Source: Rhizaria sp. SCN 62-66
Taxonomy: Eukaryota
NCBI GenBank assembly: GCA_001724265.1
Contig: MEDY01000044.1
Coordinates: 1 to 64,000, forward strand
DNA length: 64,000 nt
Reading direction: 5' to 3'
Part shown: positions 45,901-60,900 of the stretch, piece by piece
Numbering within the stretch: position 1 is the first letter of the stretch
Layout of the letters: the number at the start of each line of letters is the position of its first letter
Program-made: the position numbers and the translations under genes
Notes under the pieces: generated by a model
What the model was told of the DNA's origin: nothing
What the model saw: only the letters and a program-made list of their open reading frames with translations
The model's database searches: none

Positions 45901-48900
45901 AGAATCGCTGGTCTCAGTGTCGTTACGGGACTCATCGTCAATGCCGGTGTGCGTGCACATAAGCAGGCGTGCCGATGGTGCGACGGTGTCTAAAACAGTC
46001 TCTTCTGTCAGTCCTTCGGTGGCTTCGTCGCCGAGTGTTACATCGTCGCCAGTCGACCCATTAAGGCCGGCTAGCGGCAGAGACGCTAATGCCTCGGTTG
46101 CGAGCAAAGAAGGGACACCGTCAGCACTTAGGCTCGGCTTATCAGTCTTGCTTAATACTGCCGTAACTCTCGCGTTGCGATTGCCTTCCTCATCTTCATC
46201 GAGAAACACGGTCAACGGTTTCGCAAGCGAGATGGCAGGGCCACTCTGCTTCGCAGCTAACAGCGCAGCAGCTTCCTCGGCAGCGCGTTTGCGTTCAGCG
46301 TGCCGTTGAAGGGCGGCTGCCGCGGCGGTACCCTTACGAGTAGCTGCTGCAACCGTGCGGGCAAGCGCTGAGCGCGAAGAGCCAGCTGCAACAGCGCTGG
46401 AAAGTACCCGCGCAAGCGACATGCTGTCCAATGCAAGTCGTGGACCTTTGTGATCGAACGGAATATGCGCATCAGCGGACGGTGCGTCGCAGATAAGTGA
46501 GGCCACATCGGCAGCAAAGTTTGACAGTAATGATAGCTTAGTATGACTGCGGCGAAGCTCAGTGCCGCGCTCAACAGCACGCTGGAGGCGCGAAACGTCG
46601 ACCTCCGTGAGTTCAGGCTCAACAAGGACTGCATTAGCATCATCAGCTTCAGCACCAGATGCATTTTCGTCACCAGCAGCATTGCCCAACTCTTGCTCAG
46701 CAGTTGCATCTACGACGGAGGTGGCGTTTCGCTCCGAAGATGCAGACGCAGGAGAATGAGGAATCGGCATCGGTGAAGCCACGCGTTCTGCCTCACGTCG
46801 CTTCTCGCGCTCTTCAGCAGCATGTGTCTTAAATGTCATACCACGCAGCGCAACCACAATTAACACCGCAGTCCGTGTTGCGCGGATTGGGAAGCGACTG
46901 GCAATCCGGCATAGACGCCATAGAGTCGGAGGCCAGTAGACAAAACGCGCAACACGGTTGACGCGAAGACGCGCAGGTCGCTCAAGCGCGCGCTGCTGCG
47001 TAGCCTCAAGTTGCGCACGTTGAGCAGCGTCCCTTTTTTCGCGCTCCATACGGCGAGCATAATCCGCAGCTGCAAGTGCGTCCGCGCGCTTGCGAGCAAG
47101 ACGGCGGAGAACAGCAGCGTTGGCGCGCCGAGCTTGACGAGCAGCGTCCATGGAGGCAACGCGCTCGCGCAAATCGCAGTGCAACCACAGCAGTGCGCGC
47201 ACCGACGCACCCGCGGGTTGCGGGGGTGGCCGATGCAGGGCTGTAAAATGAGAAGCTGGAGCAGCGGACTTAGGCGCAGAGAGGGTCAGTCTACGTGCTG
47301 TGACGGTAGGTGGTGTGTACGCAGCAAGTGCAGTGCGCACCGTCTCTGCCTCGTGTGCAATGACGGACGCGATTTTTGCAGGCACACCAGGAAGCGCGGG
47401 TGACGAAACGTACGTCGTGTTGTACGTATTTGTAGGGACTGGGAATGGTGCAGGCCACGATGCAATAGCGTGTGTCGCCGCTGCAGAAGAAGGTAACGTG
47501 ACGCAATGCATGCGTAAAAGCATACATCCGCGAAGAAGTGTTTGTGCTGGTGAGTACACACCTTCAGGAGTAAACGCACCTCCTGCTGTTGCCATCATCG
47601 CACTGCCGGCAACTGGCGGTGCAACGGCAGAGAAACGACGCATTAGCATCGGCGGAGGACTTACTGGTAATGCGACTGCATTCGGTGACGCGAATGTCTG
47701 TGTGATTGCAGCACGTCGGGGTGCAATCGGTACATTCGTGGCAGCGCTACGGGCAGTGGACTCGCGCACACCAGCGCTGTAAAGCTCGATGTAAAGGTAG
47801 TGCAGCTCAGCCGGTAGGGGCAGCGCAGGGAGACCAAGTCCATCCCGCGCTCGCCCGGGATCAAGAAGTGGACGGTACAGAGACACCGCGGCATCGGCAT
47901 CAGCAACCGCGCGCTCCCAGGGCATCAGTGTCGGTGCGATAAGTTCAGCTTGCGCGGACTCAAGTTCTGCTTCGGCTCTAGTCGTACTAACAGAACAGTT
48001 GTCTCCGCCAGCGGACTCGGTCACAATGGCAGTTTGAGAGGCGTTTGCAAAAGATGATGTGGACGTTGCAGCAGCAGAACCAACAACGGTTGCAATCGTT
48101 GCGGAAGCAGATGCGGTGGCAGCCGCCTCGCGCGCAGCCGCTGCACGCAGTACACGACTGTGCGCACGAGCGTCGTGGTAAGCATCTTCAAGCGCGTGAA
48201 TCAAGTCGTCGCTCCGAGCCCAAGTGTTCTCACTTCCAGCAAGTGCAAGAGATGCACAACGAGCAGAAGGAACTGCGTTGAGCTCCGGGTAACCAACAAC
48301 CAGAGACAAGTACAAACGGCGCGAGGTCTCAAGCTGGGCACTCACTTCACGCTCGGAACGTGTGGGTGATCCATTGATACTGCGCACGGGGGAGGCGTCG
48401 TCGCCGGTTGAGCTATCAGCGCGTGCATTACGTGCACGGCTTTGGCGGGTGTTGATTGTAGACGCAAGCCAGAACGGCACACTCGCCATCGATGTGATTT
48501 TATCCGCCTGATTAGCGTTGCTGGGGCGCTTCGCACGGCTACCATCGTATGGGCGAAGAGCAATCGACTCATTTGCTGCAAAAAGTGCGCCACCCGAGCC
48601 GTTGCCACCGGTGCTAGCGGGCACATAACGCGGTGATGGCGACGATGCCATCGCAGGCACTTGCGTGTATACCCCATTCGTGTAGCGTACCTTGCCATCA
48701 GCACCCGGCGCAGGCGCAGGCAGTGGGCCGTTGTCGAGAGCAATGGCAGCATAGACACTACGCGCGAAAAATGCGTCCATTCCAGGGACAGGTACGCGGC
48801 GCACAGCAGTGCGCACCACTGCAGCAGAGCTCATAAAGCAACGCAGTACAGCGGCTTTTTCTTCTGTTACAGCAGCACGGGAGCACTCTGCTACGGCAGC

Positions 48901-51900
48901 AAATAGCTCCGCGAAGGACGAGAAACGGCGACCAAGTGCATCGAGACGATGAAGCACAAACAGAAGTGAGTGTGCAGCCGTGACAGAGCCCACAGGCGAG
49001 CGGCCGCTGCCACACAAGGCAGCAATGTGTGCGGAAGCATCGAGGGTCAGAGTTGAGCGTGAAGCGGCAAGCGAAGACTGTGTCACAGACTCTGCAGTCA
49101 TCAGCGCCTCGACTGCATCAACTGAAGCTTCTGCATGTTCAGCCATTTCAGCAGCTTGACTGATGTACGCGTGAAGATGATCGACAGCACTGCCGGTTGA
49201 CGAAACAGCAAAGGCTGAATCTCCGCTAAGCACCATGTGCGGCTGCTGCGTCAGGGGATGACCATGCGGAAGCGCACGACGCATGCTTGCGCCAAATGCT
49301 GATACCGATGATGATGTGGTAGCTGCAAACGAGCTTGGGTGAAGCGGTCCCGACGCTGTCATCGACCGCGGGTGCGGTGCGCGCAGGACGCAGTGCGTGG
49401 TAATCACTGCGGTGTCAACCGGAGGAAGAGTGGGCGCAAGCCCTTGACCTCCGTCGACTGCAACAGCAAGGATAAGCTGATCAATCTGCTCTGAAGTCAA
49501 TGTCAGTGCAGGTGGTGCGGGTTGTGACACAATTTCTGCAAACATTGTTGCTGCTGCAGTCTCGCCAGCACCACTCGCAAGCGCGGCTGCCTTTGCAGCA
49601 CCGGCCTTTGCGGCTAGCGCAGCGGTGTCTTTCACCGGTGTCAGTAGAGAGCTGCTCGGACCAGAGAGATAAGCAGCGATTGAAGCGCGATTGACCTTCG
49701 TGGCAATAGCCTGAGCCTGATCAACGACCCGCACAGTCGGGGCAAAACCATGGAACTTAAGAAGCGATGGCGTGTTGGCGCTGAGCGCGACAGCAAGGGG
49801 CGGCACTGCGAACAGCGGCAAGTTCCTGAAGTCCGGCATAACGCCAACTGGCGCACGGAGAAGTGTAGTCGATGTCAAGCCTTCTGATTGTGTCGTTGCA
49901 ATGCGTGAACTCTCACCAGACCACAAATCGGCAGCTGCTTGCGAGGTGTCATTCGGGAGACGACGCGAGCCGAAACTACTGTTGGCCGTAGCCATGGGTG
50001 TAGGTGTAACAAGCCTGCGAGACAGCACAAACGGTGTCGGCTCTGGCGCTGCAAAGAACGACTTGGGACGCATCAATTGAGGACTGCCAAAAGAAACCAT
50101 ATCGCGCGAACTCGCAAGCGGAGAACCCAAGTCCGCGCTGCCACCAGCAATATGATCGTCAACATGTTGAAGTTGCTGTTGCTGGTGGGGGTGAGGACTG
50201 CGGAGACATGCCCAGGGCGAGAGGCCGTCGACGGGACGTAAAGGTGTGGTGCCGGATGGCAACGGAGGCGGTGGGATCAGCAGATAGCGCATCGCGCGCT
50301 TGATCTTACGACCACGGACAGCTAACAAGGCTGATGTCACGCCCTGTGCAGAAGGATCGGAGGAAGACAAAGACGGAATGTCGGTTTCAGCACCCGTGTT
50401 GATGAGCGTTGTAATTGACGTAGTAAGAGCACGCAAACATGCTGTTGAGTGCCCTGTCGGCGACACACTCTCGGCTGCAGCAGCTCCGAACACAAGCTTG
50501 TGGTCGTCATCGTCATCTGATTCCATTGCAGTGGGATCTCCTGAGAGTGAGTTAAACGCAGCCAGAATGTCCGCACGCTCGTGCGGCGATTCGACGTCGC
50601 TGTCATCGTCAGAGCCCAAGCCAAGATCATCAGAGACATCATGGATGGAGCTCCCATTGACCGCCAATGACGCACCCCCATCCGTGGAATGTAGTGTGGC
50701 GCTACCTGCGGCTGATTTATCGCCATCATTGACGCTTGCAGCAGACGTGCGGTCTTCGGCATCACTACCATCCTCGCTGGCGCTGTCATTAGCATCAGAG
50801 CCTTCGTCACCGGCGTTGGCAGACTTCTTGCCTCCTGTTGCAGGTGTAGCCTTGTGTGACCGACCTGTGTCGCCGGTGGCCGGGGCGGAGCCAGCCTGTC
50901 CTCGCGAACCAATCTTAGCTGGTGTCGTAAACGAGGAGGCGTTGGTGGACATCGTGGCGTTAACTGCCATCGTAGCACTGCCGAGAGGATCCTCTGGCGA
51001 CGAAGCATTGGAGGTGTCCTTTCGTGCACAACGCCTTCCGGTAGCAGGCGTCCACGAGGGAACTGTCGGCAGAAGGTTCGGAAGATCGCCGGTCCAAAAC
51101 CCGGAAAACGGTGTGTCGACAGTCAGGTTGTGGTGCTGCTGGGCGTTGTGATGATATACCACCGTAACGGGAGACTTATACAGCTGGACGCGGTCACTCA
51201 CCGCTCGCCAGGCCGTTGCCAGATGTTTCACTAACGTTGCTCCACCGTCGAACGCGGTCATGGGCTCCGGCAACGCGGCCTGTAATAGCCAGAGATGCAG
51301 GGGGAGCTCCGCCATAGGGGACACGAACGGGATGCTCTTAAAACTCGCATGCGTGGACGCTGCCACAGGAATGGCAACGCGAGTACGGCGTGGTTGGCGA
51401 GGAAGAATGACACCAGCGCCACGCAGCAATGTCGCAGCAGTGTTGTCATTGGAAGAGGAGCCAGGAAGCGGTGCGAGACGGCAGAGGAAATCCTCGGGGG
51501 CGCTATGCACAATAAGATTGCTTCGGGAAGTAGAACGCGCGCGGCGAGCGCGGATGCTGGCGTTGGCGGTAGCTGGGCGAGATCCCAAGGTCTTCAATGA
51601 ACGTACATGCTGCACATCAGGACCAAGCCGAGTAGATACCGTGGCTGGGCGAGCTGCGTTCGACAGAGTAGATGTCTTCAAAGCCGGTGAGAATACAGAC
51701 GAACTGAGAGTTGCAGGTGAAGCATCCTTATTAATGCAAGGGGCGATCAGCGCAGTCGCACCGCGTTGACGCAGATACTGGCGACCCTCTTCGTTGAGTG
51801 CACGGAGGGCAGGCGGAGGTGACAAAACCGAGTCCATGCGGCCTAACGATGGAATGCGGTTGACTGTATGTACTGTCGGCACAGGGGCAGTGTCGTCAGC

Positions 51901-54900
51901 CCAGTCGTCGTCGGCATCAACGTCATCATCTTCATCGTCGTCGTTAGAAGATGACGAAGACCCACTGTCAGTATCGTTGCGAGCGCGAAAGATTGTGAGC
52001 ATAAAGCGCGTAGCTTCAGCCGAGCTCATGCTGGTGACAACTGGACCGGCGGGCGCCTTGTGTCGCATCGCTGCAGCAGCTGCAGCAGCACGCGCGATGT
52101 TAGATTGAGGGCGCGACCGACGCTCTTCGCGGGTAGGACGCTTAATGACACAACCACCCGCCTGTACGCACTCCGCAAAAGATTGGAGCAATGCTGCGAC
52201 AGCGTCAGGATCCTCTGCGACAATACGACCAGCAGAAAACGCGTCGCGGAGCGGCTGAGACAGCACCGACGATGGCGCGTTTTCGTCAGTGAAAAGATGA
52301 TGCAAGCGCACTGGGGCAGCGTGGGCGACGTCACGCGAGGCCAACGAAGCTAAACGTTGGTTCGGACCATAGGAGGATGTGGCTGCAGTGCCAATGGCAG
52401 TAAAACGACCGTCTGGAGCGCGGTAGGCGGGAGAGGGAATAAGACGTGTAGTGGCCGCACAAAGGAGGCCAAGAACGCGCGCACGCATAAGCTTAAAAGC
52501 GGCGCTGGCAAGCTGAGACGTCGATGTGGGGATGCAGCTCATATGCGCCGCAGGCCCGAGTGTAGCATGATTGATAACGCCGGTAGCAATGCAGAGAGCG
52601 CGGACCTCAACAAGCAGCGGGTAGACACTTATGAAGCGGCGGCGTGCCGGGGTTGGTTCAAGTGAAAGCTGCTGTTGAAGCAGAGATAACATGTACACTG
52701 CTGCAGGCGCACTTTGTGTCAGCGCAAGGATCATATCTGCCCACACCTCACCATGCAACAGTGTCGGCGGTACCGATGCTGCGATAATAGGCACGTCCGG
52801 TGCAGCTGAAGACGCAGTAATCTCAGGCTCAGGGGCGGACTCATCTGTAGCAACCGCTGCAACAGCGGACTGCACAAGTGTCAGCTCACTCCGGAGGTCA
52901 CGCTGTGCATCTTGCAATGCTGCTGTGAGAGGAGCAATCCTGAATCGTAGAGACTCCTCAGCGGCCGCGTGCGCGCTTTCAGCAAGAACCTCAAGCGCAG
53001 CTGCTTCCTCAGCAAGCGAGGAGGAGTTGACAACATGGTCAGAAGTGGCCGGTGATGTGAGCGACACTGAAGAAGCCGCAGATGCATCAACGCTGGCCGC
53101 ACCCGGGTTGAGCCCTGAACTCGGTGCGCCACTGGGAGCCTGGAGCTTAAGCTGCTCAAACTGCTGCTTTCGCCATGAGTTCAGTAATGAACTGCTTGCA
53201 AGTGGTGTCGCGCCACCAGCGTTATGACTCGCCATTACACGTTCACGCGCGGCCTCGATTTGACGCAGACGTGCGGACTTGCGGCGGAGATCGGCAGCGC
53301 GCGCAGCAGCCGCGCGAGCACGACGCAAAAGACGTGCGCGGCGTCGATATGCCATGACGAGCGCGTGGCGCACCGTACGCACAGTATCTGTGAGCATGGC
53401 GAGCGAGTCAGATGTACACGAAGCAACTAGTGCGGCAGACGATGATGCTGAGGCGGCACTAGTAGGCGCCTTGGTGTTTGAAGCACTCGATGTAGGCTGC
53501 GCAGCAGCCGATGCATGCAGGAGCTGGCAGTGTGGCGAGCGCAAATGCGTAAGGATCATGTGCTTCTCGCCCTCGCGCACAGGCGCGGTAACAGTGTGCG
53601 CCCATGCAACAGCCTCCGTGAGCTCACGTAGTGATGCGAAATTGCGCCCGGCCGCTTTAAGCCAACGGCAGTGAGTGAGAGCGTGGATACCAGCACCAGA
53701 CGCCTGCATGAGCACACTCATATCCGCAACAGTGAGCTGAGTAAACCAGGCCGGAGGAACTGCAGGTTCCTGAACACTGTGAGAAGCCAGCAACGCGGAA
53801 GCTGCGTGAGGCATCTGCACCTCGGCGCGCGTGCAGTCGGCATTCTCAGCCGCTGCAGAGGTCTCAGCTTTTAAAGCAGCGTGGTTGTACAGAGCGCCCC
53901 ATCGGTGCTCAGCAGAGAGCGGATCAAGTCCAGTCAGCGCATCGATGTCCAAATCCGCAGCGGCAACGTCATCTGTCTCAGCACCAGCACGGAACGCGGC
54001 GGCCGCGGCATCCGCTGATCCGTCAGCAATCGTTCCTTCGCTGTCAATAATTGACGGCAAGCGATCCAAGTCAATCGGAGGCCGACGGGCATCAGGAGAA
54101 GAGGCTGGATCTGCGTTTTTGCCCTCGTCAGCTCCACCACTTGTGGTGTCGTTGTTCGCGTCAGCTTCGTCATCAGACACAGCAGGTGTAATGGCAAGCG
54201 CTGGACCCACGGTGGCGGAGCCAGCAGCGGCAGCGGCTGCAGCACCTGGAGGCGCAGCAATCAAGAGCCCCTCGGCCTGTGGCGAGAACAGGTATGCTAA
54301 CAGATCGTGCGGGAAGCCAGTCAGGAACGCACCCCACTGGCGAGCAACTGTACCCAATGCGGCCAGCGTATCAAAGCCTGGCTCTGCTGCTCCTTCGTTC
54401 AAAGCTGTGCCAACAGACTCGAGAATAGCAGGTGGCAGCTTATCCTCTTCCTCATCACTGCGGTCGCTCTTGTCTTTCTCGTTGCTCGTGCCGTGATTGT
54501 TTGAGTCATCACCTCTTGAGATCGGCTGTTCCGTCGTGCTCTGGTTCGAGTCCATTGAGGCAGCAGCTGTGCTTGAGGCGGATGACTTGACAGCAGCCTC
54601 GGCAATAGGCTCAGAGGCGGATCCTGGCACAACACCAGCGGGCGCAGAAAGTGGCTGCGACGCAGAGGAGTCAGCCTCAGAAACAACAACATCAGTAGAA
54701 GCATGAGTCGATGCATCGGTGATCGCAGCACCCGTCGCAGCAGCCTCGGCTGCGTCAGAGCGGGCCTTCGCCTTTGCCGCGCGCATCTCGGCGCGCTTTG
54801 TCGCAGCACTGGCGACAGCGGCTTCAAGTGCGGCGCCAGTAGGACCCGCAACCGCGGCAGCACCACCAACGTCGTGCGCAGTGAGCATAAACGCCTGCAG

Positions 54901-57900
54901 CGCAAGCAAAGGAGATCCAATCGAAGCAAGCATCGTTGCCATAATCTCCACGCTCAGAGCCGAGGGCACGTTATCTGCGTGCGCGCGACGCGACCACAGA
55001 GACGCGAGTCCGCCTCCGGGGGCGAGATGACGGCGGAGATAGTGTGCTGTCAGTGAGAACTGTAAGGCACGAGGAAGAGTGCCCGTCTCAACGCGGTGCG
55101 CAAGGGCCGCCTTCGATCGCAGTAAGATGCGTTCGTCGGGAGTGCGAGCCGCGTTCAACTGCGGGGCAAGCGCGGCGGCCAGCAGTGCAGCTTTGCTCGA
55201 GCCTCTAAAAGCTGGAATACGCTGCAGTGGCATCGCGCGCGGAACGAGCTTAGCCCACAGGCGTAACGAGCGCGCCGCGCAGCGTGACTGCCACAGCCGC
55301 TGCAGCGTGCGCGGGGCGGGCATGTCGACACTGAGTGTGGGCAGCGCGCGGGCAACACGAAGTGCTGCGAAGAAGCTTGCAACAAGCTGTGGCGTGGCGC
55401 GCGGAGCGAGCGTGACCATTGTCGTGTCCTCTTCGTCAGCAGTGCCCTCGACCCGAGAGCCCCACGCGGTGCGCAGCGCAAGATCCGCGAATGCTGCCTC
55501 GGCTACTAGCGCGTCAAGCGCACGAGTGCGCACAACTGAGAACAGATCTGCAACGGAAGCAGCGAGACGCGGCGTGGCCAGTAGACATGCGCCATACGTG
55601 CCGACTCCGGTATGCTGTTGTTGCTGAGAAGATTGTCCATGAGCTATGCTCTGGCTCGTAACAGGACCAGGAACTGCTGGAAACGCAGTGAGTGAGAGAA
55701 GTGATGGGTGGCAAAGCAATGCGCCTGCCGTCGGTGCGTAGGGCTCGTTGGTGGAGACCGGCGCTAGTGCAGGCGGAAGACGCGTGCCCGGAGGCGGCTG
55801 AGGATAAAAGGCAACAGGCGAGCGAAACGGGCGGGCACCAGGAGCGGGAGCAGCGCGCAGGAGCATGTGCTGTGAAGCTGGAGGCAAAGCAGGAACTGTT
55901 GGCTCGTTGCTGTTCGTGTTGGCAGTATCACTCGCGGTGGACAATGTAGAAGCAGAGCCCATCAGAGCAGCAGGTTGTGTGACCTCTTTCGTCCCACGAG
56001 CGCGGAAATACGTCACCAGCTCGCAGTCGTACACAGAGCCTGACTCAACGTCTGCAAGTGCACGCACTGTGGCCGCGAACGCAGGTAGTGTGCCAAGAGC
56101 GATGCCGGCAAGAGCAGTTGCACCGGCACCGACTGCACAACTACGGACGAGGTTCAGTGCCAAACGCATGTGCGTATTTGCTTGGAACACTGCTGGCCCA
56201 GCCACGGCGTTGAGTGCTGCAGTTGCTGCCGGCACGTTAATGAGGAGTGGGGCCGGAACAGGGCGAGCAGGACCCATCTCGCCAGCGCGAATGCTAAGCG
56301 ATTGCAGGAACGACGGCACTAAGAGCGGAGTCACTGCAGGTGTCACTGCAACGCGGGTGTCAATATGTGTCGCATCCGAGTCGACTGGCGGCACAGGACT
56401 ACGCTCGGTCGCGTTGTTCGTCAACCTACTCGTGCCAGGGCCAAGGTAAAAACCCGTACCGACGCACACACCATTGCAGATGACGTGAGCTGCGGCAGCA
56501 TTGCGAACATTGTGCGGTGTCGTCAGCAGCAATGAAACAGAAAGCACACCCGAAACAGCACCTAATGCAGCACCACATGCATGGCCGGCAATAGAGCACG
56601 ATGTAAAGCCTGCACGCATGTTAGATGTAGTTGCAGAAGAGCAGTGTGAAACACCGCAATCAAAAGGCGCAGACAAGAGCCCTGGTGTGGCAGCAAGACG
56701 ATATGCAGAGGCACAGTCAGGGAGTAATACGTTGCGGCGTTTATTCGCCGCGGTGCGATTAAGACTGTCTGTCTCAGACTTAGGACGAGTGGACGCGCGG
56801 CTATTCGCAGAATTTGTGTCGCTATCCGTAACGGAGTCGTCTTCGTCATCGCTGTCGCTATTGCGCACGGAAATAGGCATAAGGTTGAGCACCGCCGCAG
56901 CAGGGCTCAACAGTGCACGCGCCCCGCGAGAGGGCAGAAGAGCGAGCGGTGCTGACGCAGTAACAAGGGTACACACCTGGGATGAAATCCATGAAGAACG
57001 GAAGTCGTACACAGGCACACGCGCACCACGTGTCTCGAAGAGCGACTCAGAGGCAAGGTGCGAAAACCACATGACAGATGATGACCCAGAAACAGAGCCG
57101 CTGCCAACAGGGCCGTCAGGACCAGGACTAGGGGTGTTTCCAATCGAACTCCCACCAACAGCAGATACTGCAGGGGCCAGTGCTGCGTATACAAGTGAAA
57201 GCGCCAGGCCGGTGACACTATCACTCTGGCTTGACAGCAAAGATGAAAGTGTTTGTGGCAATGTGGCGTTATTGACTCCGCGCAGCTGCACAAGTTCGAG
57301 AGTCAATACAGAGCCCGAATCCGCAGCAGTCAAGTTTGAGGAAGAAGCCGTTGGGGCTAGAGGTGCGGCGGGTGCGTCGGATGTCGCAGAAGACGACTCC
57401 TCTGGAACTGTCGCAGGTGCGATGGAAGCCGACGCAGGTCGCAGCCACTGAGGAGAGCCAGCCTGCATCTCAGGGGCACGCAGCAACCACAGACGGGCGA
57501 GCCCTGCGTCGCGGGCCGCAGCAGCGATCGCACCGGCTCCAGCTGCGGCGCCAGCAGCGACCGCAGCAAGAGTAGCGAGAGTGTTGCACTGAGCGGCGGC
57601 GTAAGTCGCTGTCATAGACGGTGCCGCGTTGGGTGTGTAGAGCCGTGTGAACACAGCTGCAGCGGCACTACGGGCGTTGCTAGGCATTCCTGAAGTCATC
57701 GGCGTTGGTGCGCGCATCGCAGGCGCAACATTAGTAGCGGCTGGAGCAGCCATGGTGGACACGACGATGCGGACACCGGAGCGTAGTGGGGACAGCACAT
57801 CAGAGCCCTCAACTGTTGAAGCAGCAGCCATCGCAGCGTTGGCTGCAGACGTCGCCGCAGCCGCCATGGAGGCGCTCTTGCTACCAGTTGCGGCTGGTTG

Positions 57901-60900
57901 CAGGGCATCTGCATTGAGCAAAGTTGCCAGAGCAGCAGCGGCGTCGGGCGCGGACAGCGGTGCAACTGCGTGCGCAAGAGCCGTCTCAAGCGCAGTCACG
58001 CACGCAAGTCCGCTCACTGCGGCGGCTGTGAGGGCAAGTTCGCCAGGGGCTGCAGCCACAGCAACGCTGGCAAGTGCACTCGTTGCGCCGAGTGCGATCG
58101 CACCCATCGCGGGAGTCATAGCTGGCACGCCCAACGGCCGCACGCGCACACGCTGTGTAGTGCCGGGGGCCGAGGGCGCCGGCTTGCTGCTAAGCGCAAT
58201 CGCAGTGTTGCTCTGGTACAGGGACGCGGGCACAGCGGGGATCGGGGTGCCAGCAAGGGTGCTAGTTGCAGTGTCAATGGGGAGCGTGACAAACGGCAAG
58301 TACCACAGGTCGTTGGGCCCGACTGTAGAAGGAAGTGTGAAGTCAACATGAAGCTGTGGCATGGCAAACAAAGAACTGAGACTCTCAGCCTCAGCAGGCA
58401 GTGATGTCGATGCTGAGGTGGGGGATGATGTGGAAGATGTACTAACTGCAATGATTGGTGCAAACGCGGCATTGACAGTATACACAAGCCAAACTGGCAG
58501 TTGTGTGTGCGTGATATCAGGTGCAACAGCGCGGCGCAAAGCGACAGGGGCGGGTGGCGCGGCATACATCGAAGCCATGGGCAACGGGAGCAGCACAGAG
58601 GACTGCATCCACGTGGCCACGGGGGCCGTGACTCCGAAAGCAAGTGGAGCAAGCGAAGCGGACACAGCCTCAAAGTTGGATGTGAACAATGACGTCACGC
58701 CAAATCTATCACCACTCTCCAATCCTGCAGCAACAGGTGCGGCACTCACGGCTTCAGACGCAGCGCACAAATGCTGGATCCACTCTGTTGCGCGTGCGAC
58801 AGAAGAGTCGCTGTTAACGATAATAGTTGCAGCGTGTACGTTGTGGCCCAATGACGAAGCAGGAGGTGGTGATGGGCTTGAGGAGGGTGCAATGAAGGAC
58901 GATCGACTCCATGGAGCGGGGCTATTGGCGGGACTGTGACCGCCTCCAGACGGCGAAGCTGAGAAGCTACTGCGAACGGAGCTTGTGCGGCGCGTTTCAG
59001 GCACAGCTGAGGGATACGTAGCAGCGGTTGAAGAAACAGAGGTAGAAGCAGAGAAGACAACTGCAGTTCGCAGCGTGGTAGGTGTCGCAGAGAGCATTGC
59101 GCAGCTGCTCTTCGCAAAAGAAGCTGAGTAGTTCGTGAATGCAACAGCACTCGTGACAGAAGGAAGCGACGCCGCAATGAGACGTGCGACGGACAGTGGG
59201 GCACTGACGATAAGAACCGATGGAATTTTCTCTGCTTTGTCCTCGTCATCAACACCGTAACTATCAGCTTCGGAAGCCGCGTTCGACGGGGAGGGCGTTG
59301 AGAGCGCAGGAACACTTGTCCACGCGTGCAGCAGCGCTGCAGAAAGAGTGTCACAGCCGCAGCACAGGGCTGATGTCGCGCCTGTAGACGAGCTCTGAAG
59401 CGTAGGTGCGCCTGCTGCGGGAACTGGGAAAGGCGACACGCCCCAAACAGCATCAGAGTATTGCGCTTGTAGTGCGGCAGCGGCGAAGGTGTATGGGGAC
59501 AACATAGCAAGCGACGCAGCGCCAAGACGGGCAGCGCCGCGCTGCGCAGCCGCGCCGGCAACACCGGTCGCAGCGGAGATGGCGGCAGAAATAGCTGCTT
59601 CAGTTGCATCTGCAGGAGCGTTGGGAGCCGGAGCAGCGGCAGCACCAGAAAGCAGCGTAACAAATGCGTTACGAGAGAGTGATTGGACTGCTAGAGTGAG
59701 CTGGCCGACTGTCGAGAACAGAGGCATTGGCGAGACGGAAGACGAGGCAGCCTCAGAGCCGGGAGCAGCACCGTCGCGCGCGCGAGGGGGGCGCACGGTG
59801 GTGCTGTGTGCGGCTGAAAGCAAATAGATATAAGTCAGCAGTGACTGTGCGCAGCCAGTGGCGCGGACAAGCTCAAGCGCTTCATAGTAACGCAGACATG
59901 TCGTCACAGCACGCATGGAGTCTTCACTATCGACCTCCGCAGGAGCCGGGAACGTGAACGGGAGCAGTGAGAACCATTGTTCTTCTTCGTGACCGACAAC
60001 GGTAAAAGTGTTGGTCTCAACGTCCCGGTCGAAGGCCACTGGCATGGCACTTGTGTAGGGTGCAGCAGAGCACACTTCGCAAGGCAGCAGTTGCGCAGCA
60101 GTCAGAGTTTTAATGCCCGCAGGCAGCAGCACAGCGCGCTGAGGAAGAAGACGAGCAGCTGGGTGATTGACTGCAGCGCACACTGTAATAGCAAGCCTCT
60201 GCTCCCAGCCGCTTGAAGCCATGGCGGTCGCGAACAAGGGGCCAGAGACAGGCGCCGTGCGCCAGCCGACGGCGTAGTTCACAAGCGCAGACATAGAAGC
60301 AAAAAGCGGTTTCGTGGGAGGTAGCAGCGTATAACCGGGACAAGAAAGCGTCGCAAGCGAGCTCGACGGTGGGACAAAGAAAGGTGAACCTGGATCCGAC
60401 TGAGCGGCCGTTGACGGAGCGGGGGCAGAGCGAACGTGTGCGACAGGAGCTGCATCGACCTCGTCGGCAGCGTGAGTTGCACTGTGACTAGCCGACGTCG
60501 CGGCAATAGCGGCAGAGAGCACGTCACTCCGGTGTGCGGTCGGAGCAGGAGACGGCGTCGACGCAGCCCGGGCACGTGCAGCGACCGCGCGGCGCACCGC
60601 CAATGCCTCAACATGGTGTAGGAAGCTGATTGCCGCATGCGCAGACCCACCAGTGAACGACAACACCATCGGTGCGGAGTCGTGTGTGTACCAAGAGGGC
60701 GCGGCGAGGGCAGGGACAACGCCATCGGGGCCGAGCAGGGGGAGGAAGTGCGTCAGAGCGCGGCCAGATGCTGTGGCCCAGGCCTGGAACACGGCCACGT
60801 CTGCGCGCGCTGAGGCCGCACAGCGCGAGGCGTGAGTGCGGATCAGGGGGGACAAGTGAGCCAAGGTTGGGACGGTGAAGGACGCGGGCAGCGACGACAG

